Assembly: GCF_009914755.1 (NCBI RefSeq)
Contig: NC_060940.1
Source of the DNA: the human T2T-CHM13v2.0 reference genome, Homo sapiens
Length of the DNA stretch: 64,000 nucleotides
Reading direction: 5' to 3' (one strand)
Shown: positions 46,001 to 59,700 of the stretch, piece after piece
How the letters are laid out: each line of letters begins with the position of its first letter
How positions within the stretch are numbered: the first letter of the stretch is position 1
The notes under the pieces: model-generated
The model's database searches: none
What the model saw: the letters and a program-made list of their open reading frames with translations, nothing else
Told to the model about the DNA's origin: nothing
Translations under genes and position numbers: made by a program

Positions 46001-47843
46001 GACTCGCTATAAAATGTATGTGACCACCACAATGGAATTGCTTTGCCAGACATTTTTACTAATGAATCTCATAGCACGGAGACAGATCCCATATAAGGAG
46101 TTAAGCAGGTTCATTCTCCTCCACGCTGCCCCTTCACCTACCAGATAAGCAAGGCAAGTGCCCCCAGTTCCATGGAAGGAGAGCAGACCACAAAAAGGTT
46201 AGAAGGCTCAAGTCCTCTTTCCAGGTAGCTGGGAGGATGTAACTGGTGAGGCAGGAGATTAGAAATATCGGCAGCCTCTAAGTAAGACTTTAATTTACTG
46301 GCAGATCAATAGAGCCGGGGTTATATTGGCAAAGTGTCTACAGCTCTATTGACTCACGCAATGCCTCTTATCAATTTATCAGAAATCTGGAAGTCAGAAG
46401 ATATTGTTTGAAGGGAAAAGAGAAAAAAAAAAAGAAGAAGAAACAGGAAGCATGAGTCCAGAGCTAGAGCAGTTAGAAACTAGGGTCCCCAGTGACCAAC
46501 TTGCTACCAAGAGTTTCGTACCAATGTGTCTCCTGCAAAGAAGGCTAATATGATACATTTGGAGTTAACCTGCCTCCCTTGCACGCCCCTCTCAGCCTTC
46601 TCAGGGATTCCATTTTCCATAAACCTTGTACCCTGGGGAGGGGGTGAATCCTACTGAAGCTGGTCTGGGATTTTTGTTTTGTGTTGTGTCTTAGCAAGGA
46701 GCAATTCCTTCCTTAGGTTCAGCCATACTCGTCCAAGTTACAGAAGATCCACACTTCTCCACCCCTTGTGTGGTTTCCTGCTACCTCTCCATTCTACTGC
46801 AGCCAGAATTCCTAGCCTTGGCTTCTTTCTTACCAATCCATAAAAAGATTTCTTTTTAGGTAAATAGGATATTTATCTCAGCATCCCAATACTCCCAAGA
46901 GGTCACAAGGATCTATCAGACTAACAATGGCACTTGGTCTCAAGAAGCGTAAAGAAAACGAACTCAAGTTCTATAAATCATCACAAATGTTTTCACAAAT
47001 AATTAATCTTCGTTTGAAAATGTTTTGAAATATCCCAGGTAGCCGACCAAAAAAGCCTGGCGGCGGGGGGGGAAGTAAACATTCACACTTCACCAAACCC
47101 AAATGTTCACACCAGCGAAGGAAGGAAGGACGCAGGAAAACACGAAGTTCCCGAGTGTTTCTAGCCAGTAACTCTAGGGGGCAGGTCGGGGAAGAAAGAG
47201 AGGGTTTGGAGCATTCCAGGTATCAGGAGGCCAAAGGGAAAAGCGATTTTCCTTGGTTTGGAGGAACCACAACCTGCTTTTGATGATCCATTTTGGTCCC
47301 TGCCTCATACAACAAATTTCTGCTTAATTGCTGTTTTGCATTTCGTGGAGACATCGAGTAAACAGTACTTAAGTGTTTCCAGACAAAAACAATAACTCAC
47401 TAATGACTAAGGCACTGCTAATTAAAATGCCCCCATGATGGCGTGACTGGACTCAGAGCCACCACAGCAAACAGAACGAGCTGGGCCTTGAATGCATGAA
47501 CCAGAACGCGGGCGTGCAGGGCGGAAGATCCTCTGCTCCTTCCTCTGCAGGTCACCACGGGCCCTCTGGCTGAAAAGAAGGCCCACTGTGACCCTTGCTA
47601 GAAGGAGAGGGCAGAGGTGTGGAGAGAATGGGAGGAGTTAGAGTGGGGAAGGGGGGTGAAGGCACTGAGATTTCAGAGGGAAGGCAGCACCCCAATAGAA
47701 TGCACATTCTAGAACCTTATAAGAGTAAGTGGCCTGGCATTGCCTCAAAACTTTATGAGCTCCTGAGAGCCCCTAAAGAAAAAAAAAATGTGTCCTACTC
47801 TAGTAGGGAGAAAATAAGAAGATGTGTTAAAACTGGCCAAATA

Positions 47844-48129
47844 GGCTGGGCGCAGTGGCTCACGCCTGTAATTGCAGCACTTTGGGATGCCGAGGAGACA
47901 GGGAGATCCTGTCTCTACAAAAAATTAAAAAATTAGCCAGACGTGGTGATGCATGCCTACAGTCCGAGCTACTCGGGTTGCGGGACTGAGGTGGGAGGAT
48001 CGCTTGAGCCCAGGAGATGGAGGTTGTAGTGAACCATGATTGTATCACTACACTCCAGCCTGGGCGACTGAACAAGACCCTGTCTCAAAAAACACAAACA
48101 AAAGCAAAACAAAAAAACAAAAACAAAAA
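47844..48129 (+). mobile_element. Alu (AluJ-like, deletion in left monomer)
   Basis: Alu start and right monomer, (CAAAA)n tail. Confidence 0.9.
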
Positions 48130-50822
48130 CCTGGCTAAAGACCCTTTCCTAGTGACCACAGTCATACAAGGCATCCATTCCTAACTACCCTTTTAAAAAG
48201 AAGATTCAGAAAGAACAAAAAAACCAGAGGTATACTCGACCACCTGCCCAGTGCTAAAGGATTTCTCAACGCCATAGTCAGACTTCACGAGCGCATGCGA
48301 CAAAGTAACAGGAACCTAGAAAACTTCTCTTCGTCCCCAAAAAGAGACCAAAATAACTAGCCTTCCCCAGAGCGGGCAGCTTTCCTCTTCAGTGCTCTTC
48401 AACTTTCAGTCCTACAGATGGGGGCCTCCCAACATCACTTTTTAAAGCTCAGCATTTAAAAAAAGAACAGGAAAAAAAAAAAGTAGAGACATCCCAGAGT
48501 CCACACGCTTGCAAAGGACTTTCTCTTCCTCCTCCTCCCCCCAGCAGGTTAAAGACCTGCTAGTTAGCAACGAGAGCGGGTGGAGGACAGTCATTGGAAC
48601 CACAGGGGCCTAATACCCATTTGTATTCACACTCAGACCCTTTAAGCATATAAAACCGGAGAGGTTGAACTGTTTACATTCACCTAATGCTCCAGTAAAC
48701 AAATCAGAGCCCCAGTGGAGGGGGTTTCAGGCAGGGCTGCGGCCAGACCCCACTGGGTGCCAGGCAGCAGGAGCAGGATGGGGAAGGAAGAAGGTAGATG
48801 CATGGAAAACAGAAGCCAGGCTCTCATCCCAACCCACTCGAGTTTCTCCCCAAGCCTGGGCCCTCCTTGACCCCACGCGACAGGGGAGCAGCCCTTCCAG
48901 GCCTGAGCTCCACCACCCTCCATGGACAGGTGACCTCAGCTGCCAGACACCTCCTTACCCCCTACCCCCAGTACCCTGGAGCCCTGCCAGCACCCCCACA
49001 TAACCCACCAATGACCTGGAGAGGAGGACAGAAGAGGAACGGCCTTGCAAAGCACCTGGAGAAAAAGGGGTTAAATGCCCAGTGTCTGACTGAGGGAGAA
49101 ACTTCCCCTCCCTTCCAGGCGCCTCCGAGGGTTCGTCCTCAACTACTATTGTTATTCAAGAACTGCGTCTTAGCTGAGCAGCTCCCCCGCCGCCCCCCAG
49201 CACTGGGTCTTGACAGAAGTGAAGCGGGGCTGCCTGGTGTCCCAGCACAGGGCCTGATCATATCCTCTAAAACGTGAACAGTTTCAACTTGACTGGGGGG
49301 AAAGGGGGCAGGCGGGGGGTGGGGGGGGACTGGCACTCCTTTTAAATGCAGATTTGAACTTTTCACCCGGGGTCAGACAGCTGCGATGCTCTGTCCCCAG
49401 CAGAGGCCAGCGCCGGGGCCCCTTCCACCTCACACTTTCACAGTTTTTTTCCTGCCTGCCAGGAGGCCAGCCTGTTAAAGGAATTCGATACCTCCCTCCC
49501 TCCAAACCCAAATCCACACCCGCTTCTCAGCTTACCAGGGGCACAAATCCCACTGGCATCCTAGAGGAGAGCCTCAAATCGTAGGAGGCTGGCTGGGTGC
49601 TCTGGGAACAGCAATGGCAAAGGAAAATTGTTGTTGTCACATGTATTGACCAAGGAACGCTAAGGTCAACAGTGAGAAGACTCCAGGACTTCCCGGCCGC
49701 TCTGAAAGCATCTGAAAGCAGCATCTTCTCTAGGGTACATTTCACAGTGGCGCTTTCTGCTAGAAGCCAGCAGACAGTTCTCCTTGCTATTTCACTGAGA
49801 AGAGCTGTAATGGTACCAAGGCTGAAATCATTTAGTTTTGAAAAGAAGTCACTTCTGGGTGAACAAGAAAAACTGTAACGAACTTAAAAAAAAAAAAAAG
49901 TCTAGGATGGGACTGCTTGCCTCCATTACACCCCTGATTCTCATGCACAAGGTTGTTTCTGAGTTTTCCATGTCACCCTCTGTCCCTCCATTTCTCCTCC
50001 TCCAATGGGAGACGCCCACTGGTCCTCGACTAGGGAAGGTTTCCATTCCGCGGCATCAAGATAAGGCAAGAAAGCAGAAATCCAAATAAACACTAAGAGA
50101 AGAAGGCGAGGGGAAGTTTCTTGCTGGAATCGGTGACCCTCCCAACAGTGGCAGCTCCTACAACTCTCATCTTGGGGGGCACTAGAGCCTCTAAGAGAAA
50201 GTCCCCTCCAAGCAATGCACCACACAGTCCCTGGACTAGCCAAACCGGAAGCCTGTGTGTGTGGTGCTAGAAATGACTGTGAAGTCAGAAAAACCACACC
50301 AATTACCTACAGGTAGAAGGTTCTAGATTCATGCCTTCCTCCTGCCCCAAACTAGCAACCCACCACGGAGAGGGTGAAACGAGCATTTCTAGAGGCTCCC
50401 TGCAGCCCTGTCTGTGATTTCAGTAATATACATGAAGCAGTAAGTCTGTTGTAACAAACACACTAGCACTCACAGGAATGAATGAGAGTGGGGCTGTCCC
50501 CTGAGGAGGTGGCCCGTGCCTTGCTGCCACTGCTGGTCTTCTGCCTCTGGGAAGGTTTTCACAGTCAGGTGAGCACCCCCACCTGTACGCCAGGAAGCAG
50601 TTTACAGAACACTGGCACCCCAATGTCACAGTTCTATCTCCTAACAATCTCATGAGCATGTCGGGGGAGCCAGGCATTTCTGACCAAACCCGCTGTGTGC
50701 AGACTGAGCCTGCACCCATTCCCCAGTAAATGCAAGCAGCTGGTCACAGGGGTGATGGCTGACTTGGCTCCATCAACAGAATGTCTCAGAAGAGCACAGG
50801 GCAGCAATCTTTTATTCCAGAG

Positions 50823-51135
50823 CTGCACCATCCACTAGGTAGCCACCGACCCTTGTCACTACCGAGCCTGTGACATGTGGCTTGTCTCGATAGAGATGTG
50901 CTGAAGGTATAAAAATACAGGACTCCAAAGATTTGGTACAAAAAAAAGGGATGTAAAATATCTCATTAATAGTTTTATTAATATTGATTACCTGTGGAAA
51001 TGATAACCTTTTGGATATACTGGGCTAAATGTATTATGAAAATTCATTCCACCTGTTTCTCATTGTTTAATGTGACTAATAGAAAATCTAAAATTACCTA
51101 CGTGGCTTACACTGTATTTCTACTGGATGGTCCTG
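50823..51135 (-). mobile_element. MER33-like (hAT-Charlie)
   Basis: GGTAGCCAC, ATGTAAAATATCTCATTAATA, TTCCACCTGTTTCT, AAAATTACCTACGTGGCT. Confidence 0.85.
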
Positions 51136-51388
51136 TTTCAGAACCTCTGCCTGTCTTTCAACTTCAGATTCAGGCGGGATTCTAAGTGTTCTCGGATATG
51201 ACTGAGACAGACTTCTCTTGTCTGTCTTGAACATCTCCCTAAAGCTACAATGTACTGGCTCCCAAATGATACTTTTAAATGGGCTGAACAATCTTAGTAT
51301 CCAACAACTCACTGCCAAACTCAAGTATAAACTAAGAAAAAATAAATCACTTCTGGGACCCACAGCGTGCTTTTAAAAAATAATAATA

Positions 51389-51712
<324 letters not shown>

Positions 51713-51877
51713 TTACTGTGGTTTAATACCAGGACTACCCACGAGGCTTGTCCAAAAGTAAGCCGTCTCCTACTCCAGCCTGATTTCTTACTATCAAGAG
51801 AAGACTTCTCCCTTTTAACTGCCCTTCTGTAAAATATGCCCAGCAGGGGCCTGGTGTCCACCTTCTCCCCCACCCCA

Positions 51878-51951
51878 TACACACACACCACACAGCACAC
51901 GCGTGCGCGCGCATAGACAGACTCTCTCTCTCTCTGTCTCTCTCTCTCTCT
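51878..51951. repeat. Compound (CA)n-(CG)n-(CT)n microsatellite
   Basis: Directly visible. Confidence 0.85.
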
Positions 51952-54261
51952 ACAACTGGGGAGGGCTGGGGGAGGAAGGTGCAGGCAGCACAGATGTGGC
52001 CCCTTTCCTATTAGAAAGTCCCTATTCTGCCACTAGGGATCACAAGGCCAGTCTCATTTCTCTATGTAAATGAACTTTTTAGCCACCTCCTCAAAGAAGA
52101 AAAGCTGCACAGATGCGGAAGGCCGGTCCAGAGGCACACAATTACAGCCATTTGCATTCCTCCAGCAGCCGGATTAGCACAGGAATGCGCTCTGCAGCTT
52201 TGTGGGGGGAAAAGGAGTTTAGGAAGAAAGGGATGGGTGGGGGGATGTATTTCTCCCTGGTCTGTCCACCCAAAGCTCTATGATACGCTTCCACTTCTGT
52301 GAGAGTCAGAAAGTGGAAATAACTCCTGCTCAGCTTCTAAAGAGGGGGAGGTTGAAAAGGCGCAGGGAGGAGGAGGGAGGTGGAGGTAGAGGGTAGAGGA
52401 AGAGGAGGGGAGAGGGGCCGGCAGGAGAGAGGGAGGAGGGGGACTGGGTGTATCAGGGGAACTGCCCCTCCCGGCGCTTTGATCCCCTCGGTCGGTCGCT
52501 AGGAGAAACCAACTTTTCTCCTTGGGTTAATCAAAACCAAATTACTCAGGAATGTGGCAGGACAGGTCTGAACTTCCAGGTCCCTTTGTCTTTGAGGATT
52601 TAAAATGAAAAAAAATAAAATTGTTAAAGCAGATGGCCGTGGCCTACTCAAGAGGTGAAGCGAAGAGTCTGAGGGAAGTCAGACCACATCTCTCACCCTC
52701 CAAAAAAACACACCCGCAAACTTCCTATGCCAATTTATTGTGAGAGAAGTTATTTTTGTAGACAACATCCAAAAATCAGAAGAACTGCCCATTTCATCCT
52801 TACTGCTGCGCAAATAAAAGACCCTCACCCCACCCTCCCATCAACTATACCTTGTCAAAGTACAAATACAAGAGAACCCCAGATTTAAGATACACCCGTA
52901 TATCACAACCCGACTATTAAAAGCGGAGTCCAAACTAGCTCAAGAACATACGTTTTCCAAACACAAAGTTTGGGAGTATTTTTCAGTGTAAAGTTCTTCC
53001 TTAGGAATACTGGGGTAAGGAGGTATTCAAATATCCGGTTGCTATTCAAATGCATCCATGAAATTTCATGGTTACTGTAAAATTCTGCATCTCTTTAAGT
53101 TCTAAGAAAAGCGGTTTTTAGGGAATGACTCAGAGGAGAGATGAAATGTCCCACTGAGTGACATAAGATCCCACTGCTCATCTGTCGTCTAGAAAAAGCG
53201 AAGAACCTGCCACCCAGGGCTGTTCTGTTTACTAGGAAAGTCTGCTGGGTGTGCTGGCCAGCCCGGCGACAGTTTCAATAAGTCAAGAGGCAACAGGAAA
53301 AAGCTGACCTCAGAGATGAAAGAAACCTGGGGCTTGGAGCTATATTAAGGCCTCCACACCTCCTCCCCGGCTCACAGCTCTGGCAAGCTTGTGGCACTGT
53401 ACAAGATGGGGGCCTGCACTTCAGGCTCCTGGAAACTCTAGAATGCAACACCCTGGCATGTGCTATCATTAGGGACAGTAAAAAGTGACACAGCCCAGGG
53501 CACCCAGGAGCAGAAATATGAACAGCCCTTCGTGTGTTATAAAATGCTGCTATGCTTCACTGTAAAACCTGGCTGACCCCCATGTCCCCCACCCACCCAA
53601 AAAAGATAAAATAAACAAACAGAGCACCACCGGTTAAGCTATAGAGCCAGGATTCAAAAGATAAAGTGAGACCAACACACAGCCATGACTACCAGCTTGC
53701 CATAAATCGTAACTGGCCCCAGGCATACGGTTATCTGGGAAGCTGCACACCAACTTTTAAAATACTCTTCACCTTATCTTTAAGCCCAGTCAAACACACA
53801 CATACATCACCCTTCTTAGATCTCGGCCATTAGTATTCCATTTAGACTTTCCAAAACAAGGTCATCCCAGAGGGTCCTTCCCCTCTTTCCAGTCACAGCT
53901 GTGGACTTTCATCCCCTTGTCCAACAAAAGGGACCTTGTACACAAAATTAACCTGAAGCATTAGTCTGTGTGGTGCGAGAGTCCACGGGGCCCTCGGGAT
54001 ATTGACTCCCCCACCCCCCCAACTATCCAGGCTCAGCCCAAAATCCTGTCTAGAGGGCTTCCCCACTGTGGAGGCTGGGGGAGCTTCCCTAGAGATTAGA
54101 GACCCTGCCCCTTCAGAATCCGCTTCTCAGCTGCAGCTGTGCAGCCAAGGAAGGCCTTACCTTTCAGAGAATAAACAGAAGAAAAAAACTTCCTCCCTGA
54201 CTCAGTAACAGTAGAAAACGACCTGACGTCATGGCTGCAAAGGCCCAGAATCATCTGAGAA

Positions 54262-54495
54262 CTAAGCCATCCAATATGACGGCCACAACTGCACGCGGCT
54301 TCTGAGCACTGGACATGGGGCTGGTTCTGAGCGTTGAGACCAGAACATCATGGTGAAATCGTGGGTTGCTGAAAATATCTGTTTTAAAGTTAATTCCACC
54401 TGTTTCTTTTTACTTTTTATGAATGACTACTAGGAAATGTACAATTACATATAAGCTTGTACTCTCTCTCTCTCTCTCTCTATTGGACAGCACTA
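54262..54495 (-). mobile_element. MER33-like, internally deleted
   Basis: TCCAATATGACGGCCAC...TTAATTCCACCTGTTTCTTTTTACTTTTT...TATTGGACAGCACT. Confidence 0.8.
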
Positions 54496-54546
54496 GAGAG
54501 GTGCAAATGTTACCACCTCAAGTGCTAGCACATTACCATGCTCTAA

Positions 54547-55038
<492 letters not shown>

Positions 55039-55227
55039 CAGATTCTTCATTTTTAAATGCCAAAAAGACCAGTGTAAAATTGAGCAAACAGCATCATCTG
55101 GTATCAGGTGGAATCACATACGCAGAGGCTGCTCAACTCCCAGGCTGCAGTGAAGGTGTCTAAATGGGGGGAGTGGCCGGGAACCTGCCATTGTTTTAGA
55201 CCAGGAGAAGCAAATGTAACCTCTATT

Positions 55228-55430
55228 TCAGGTGTTCTTAACTGGAGGCGATTTTGCCTCCCCAAGGGACAGTGGGCAATTCCTGCAGACATTTTTGATT
55301 GTCACATCAAGGGAAGAAGGTGCTACTGGCATCTAGTGGGGAGATGCCAGGGATACTAAATGTCCTACAATGCACAAGGTGGCCCACTCCCCCCAAAAAC
55401 AATTATCCCCAAACATCAACAGTGCCAACA
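55228..55430 (+). mobile_element. MER20 (hAT-Charlie)
   Basis: TTCTTAACTGGAGGCGATTTTGCCTCCC...GGTGCTACTGGCATCTAGTGG...TCCTACAATGCACA. Confidence 0.9.
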
Positions 55431-55473
55431 CACAACCAGGAAGTGACCAGGCCTGAGATCCACCCAAGTATCT

Positions 55474-55613
55474 CTTTTTTTATTTTTTTATTTTTAGTAG
55501 AGATGGAGTTTCACCACGTTGCCCAAGCTGATCTCAAACTCCTGAGGTCAGGCAATCCTGCCTAGGCCTACCAAAGTGCTGGGATTACAGGCATGAGCCA
55601 CCATGCACAACCC
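55474..55613 (-). mobile_element. Alu left monomer / FLAM
   Basis: Single reverse monomer. Confidence 0.85.
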
Positions 55614-56594
55614 AAGCAAATTTTTAATACTCAGATATCCAGGAGCAGGAGGGGACATCCCTTTGCAAAATGGCTTCTCTCCAGAGCTCGGAACTGGTCA
55701 TAAGTTTGAGCGGTATAAGCAATGTGAGGAAATGAAAATACTACTAATAATTTAAAAACTATAATCGCTTTGTCGCCAGACTGGGTTGAGTGTCAAGGGT
55801 TGATTATGTCTGGGCAGCTCTGTTTTTCAAGCTAGTAGGTAAACATGGGGCTTAAAACTCAAAGCAACATAAGGCAGGCTCCCCCACAAGCAAGAGTAGG
55901 CCTCTAACAGAGAGTCTGAACTGGGGGAGTCACTGGCATGCCCAGTTCACCATGCCTGACCACACAGGCTAGGCCTGGGTGCCTGTGACAGGCAACGGAG
56001 CAGCAAAGGAGCTGTGATGGGGCCTGCAGGTATAGGAAGGGGACAGGGCAAGGGACAGGCGAGGCCAAGACAGGAAGAGCGTGGTGCTGAATGAGAACAG
56101 CCCAGCCAGGCTGGGAGGCCGAGCAGGAGGGGGTAGAGGGGAGGCACATGATAATTAACTCTGCAAGTTGATAGTATTTGCATATAAATGCCTCCACAAA
56201 TCACTACAAACAAGCCAGGACAAGTCAGGCCTATTAGCATACACAAGCCAGCCGGGGAAGGCCTCTCTAGGTGGGTCATTGAGTAGGCTGCTCACTTGGA
56301 GGGCCGCCTGCCAGCCTGGGGAGGGGGACAGAAGGGGAGGGCTGGGGTGGATGGGGGACACTGTAACTATTTCAGACTCTTTCACTTCTGAACACGGTTG
56401 CAAAGATGTCAAAAGGAGTTGGCTCTATTTCCACCCCATGGGGAAGAAGAGAATTGCTGGACCTTTTAGTTTATTTCTTCCAAGGTGGTAAGAAACGAAA
56501 GGTAGCAGAGGCCATCAGTAGCAAAGAAAGAAATGAAAAGGGCGTGGAGATGGCAGCCAATATCCGGAGAAGCTTTTCAGTATGTGAAGTGGTA

Positions 56595-56720
56595 TGAAGC
56601 CCTGATTCCTATTTCATTTACTTCCCACTACAAATGTAAGGTATGCATTAGGCCCATTTTACAGACGAAAGAAGTGAGGCCCAAAGAGGTTAAATTACTG
56701 GTCCAAAGTCACACAGCTCA
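56595..56720 (-). mobile_element. MIR fragment
   Basis: CCCATTTTACAGACGAAAGAAGTGAGGCCCAAAGAGGTTAAATTACTGGTCCAAAGTCACACAGCT. Confidence 0.8.
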
Positions 56721-59700
56721 GGCCTCACCAGAGGGTGTAACACTGATGGCCTCAGCAGAGGGTGTAAGGCCCATAGCAGAGGAAAGAGCAGAGGCCACCT
56801 TTCCAAAGAGTGGGCTTTTTTGATTCACCTTTGCTTCTCCCATTCACTGTTGAGTCCCCATTTGAAGGGGATTCACAAGCAGTGCTCTGGTCCTCAGCCA
56901 GACCCTGCCCTGTTTTATTCTGTAATTATTTCCTACCTTCAAACAAACAATGAGGAAGACCACACCTCCCTCCAGTTACACATCTGGGAGTCCGCACCAG
57001 GATTTCCTCTGTCACCCAATTTTTCCACTGTCTGGACAATTTTTATAGTTTCACCAGCAAGGGCAAAATATATTGACAGTCCTTTCCCACAAGGTGTAAA
57101 AGTTCTCTGCTTTCCCCAAATATACCTCTGGATTTCCTATCTGTTGAAGGAAAAACCAGCTTCGACTGCCTCCGTTAAAAAAGGGTGTGCAGGGCTGAGG
57201 TGACCCTACTACCGTCATTTCTGCCATTCTTTACTTGAACAACATTTTTTAAGTGGGCAAAATACTATCTTATGAAAAACAAACCAACAGGGGCCCAGGT
57301 AACACACATTCATATAGTCAGTTACACAGACTGAAAGTCTTCATCAATGCCCATCTCAATTACGTTATCAAATAACATAAGGGGACACTATTCAAGATTC
57401 CATCAGAACAGAGATGGCATTTAAAAGCAGTCGCTTGAGTAGTGACACCAACCTCCTGCCGCACACACTGAAATCCATGAGCCTCTTCTAAAGTGTCCAA
57501 AAGTTGACCTGACACTTTAACGCTGATGCAGATACTCCACAAAAAAAAGCGGAGCTGTTAAAAGGGAAGCAGAAACCATTCCTCCAGTCAAGGCCAAATG
57601 TACATTAAGAACCAAGGCCTTGAGCCAAAGAGCATTTTAGGAAGCAGGGCCTTAAATGGTGGAAGAGGCTTGCATTGCTTCTTGAGTAGTTAAGAACAAT
57701 TGTTTAAAAAAAGAAAAAAGAGAAGTTGGGAGATGGAGAAGAAAGGCACCCATGTGTTCTTCAGCAACTTCCACGGGACAAAGATGTTGGGAAGGGAGAA
57801 GTCATCAGAAATAGGCCACTCAGGAGACTGGAAGCATGGGGAGCAGCTCAGTTCATGTCTACACATATGTGGTTTTTATAGACTTTCAGGAGTTTAAATG
57901 CTTCTGAAAAGCGATGTTTGCATACTGAAGGGAGACAGACTTCCATATTTGAACAGGCACTTATATGACTTTTTCAGGGGATGCAGGGCTGAGATCAACT
58001 ATCAGATTAAGCCCCTTGGTCTTTCTGCACTCGGCTAATCTGCCTCCTGCCTCTCCACTAAGGAGATTCAAATGAGAAGACAGAGGCAGTCGCCTCTGAA
58101 CTAGAATCTTCCTACTGAAATGCAGAGCCTATGATAGAAATGGGCACCGGGGACCATCTATCCAAAAGCCAGCCTAACCGATACACTCAGAAGAATTTTT
58201 CTCCAGTCACACTCCTGGATGGAGTCAGGAACAACCAAGAAACAAGCAAAACTGTTCTTTTGCCTCCTCCTTCCTGAAAGAACCCCATCAAGAAGCCTAC
58301 ACATGACCCCTCCAGTGTGTAAGCCCCAATCATGCCTAACCACCCCAAATCACCCCAAGTACTCAGCCCTACTCAATAACTAACACCCTCTCCCATCTAC
58401 ACAGAACAGCGGGTATAGGCAGTCACTGACTCCTGCCCTAGAAGCATCGGGCGAGGGGTCTCACTCCCAGATCAAAGGTTTGTGGCCAAGATAACTTTTG
58501 GGACAGTGGATGAAATCAGCAGCAGATGAAAACTCCACAGCCTTTTTCAGAGTCCAGTGGAGCCAGTTCTCCCACTTCCAGTCCAAGTCTCCCTGCAGAT
58601 GACTGAAGGTGATCCATACATTCCTAACTGCTGCCCCGAAAGACCCACTTACAATTAAACTCCAGGTCACCAGTTAAGAAAGCCTTTAGGCCCCTTATGT
58701 CATTAGCTTCCTCCCAGAAACCAAGCAGAATAGAAAGTGAGAGGCATCCCAGCACCGGCCCATCTTCTCAAGGTGTGGCCTTGCAAGGGAGTTTCAGTGG
58801 CTTCATCCCAAACCACCAGCAGCCAGGAGTAGGGGTGGGAGTGCGGCAGATGTTTTGCCCGCCTCACTGGAAGCTTTAGACCTGACTCCAGGGAGGGAAA
58901 AGGATGGACAAATCTCAGAGGCAGCACATGTGTTAATACCAAAGCTCAAAGAACACACAGCAGAACCACCTAAGACCTCCAGGACACAGCAAGCCAGCTA
59001 AGGCCCCTCTGGAAAGGTACACATCAAACCCCCCACACAGTAATCCTCATGTTGAGACTGCTGTGGTGACCCTCTGATGGACAGGGAGAGGGGGTCACCC
59101 AAAAGGCAGATGAAGCCCAGGCATTTTGCTAAGAGGCCCGGGCTGGAGTTAAAACCAACAAAACAGAAGTCTTGCTTCAAAATGGGGCTGAATTTGCCAT
59201 CTCGCAAACTTTCTATGTCTCCCTCCCTGTTTTTATTTGAGCCCTTATTCTTGTAAAAGCAAGAAACTCCATGAATGAAGGCTGAAAGGCAGAAACGTCA
59301 AAGAAAGAAAAAATCCCCTTTAAATGTTAAAAGCCAAAGTACTTTCCTTGGGCAAATAACTCTCTAGAGACACCCCCATCACTGCCTAGACCACGGCCTT
59401 GTCCTCACCCACCTGTCCCCTGGCCCAAAGAATGAAAACCAGAAACATTCCAGTCGTTTCCCTACTTCTGAAGCTTCAGCTCAGTGCTGCTGTCAATCGG
59501 CACTAAGCCTTGCTCTGCACCTCTGTCCTCAGTTTCTGTCCATATCAAAGTCATTTACCATATTAGCCCAAAGAAGCCCTCCAACATCTGATTGCCACTT
59601 TGCACATGTTCAAAGAGATCAATCTGGCAGTCAACTTTAAATCATAGAGAAAAGCCCTCTGACAGTTGTTGATTTTGTAGTGCTTCTCTTTAATCTGGAT

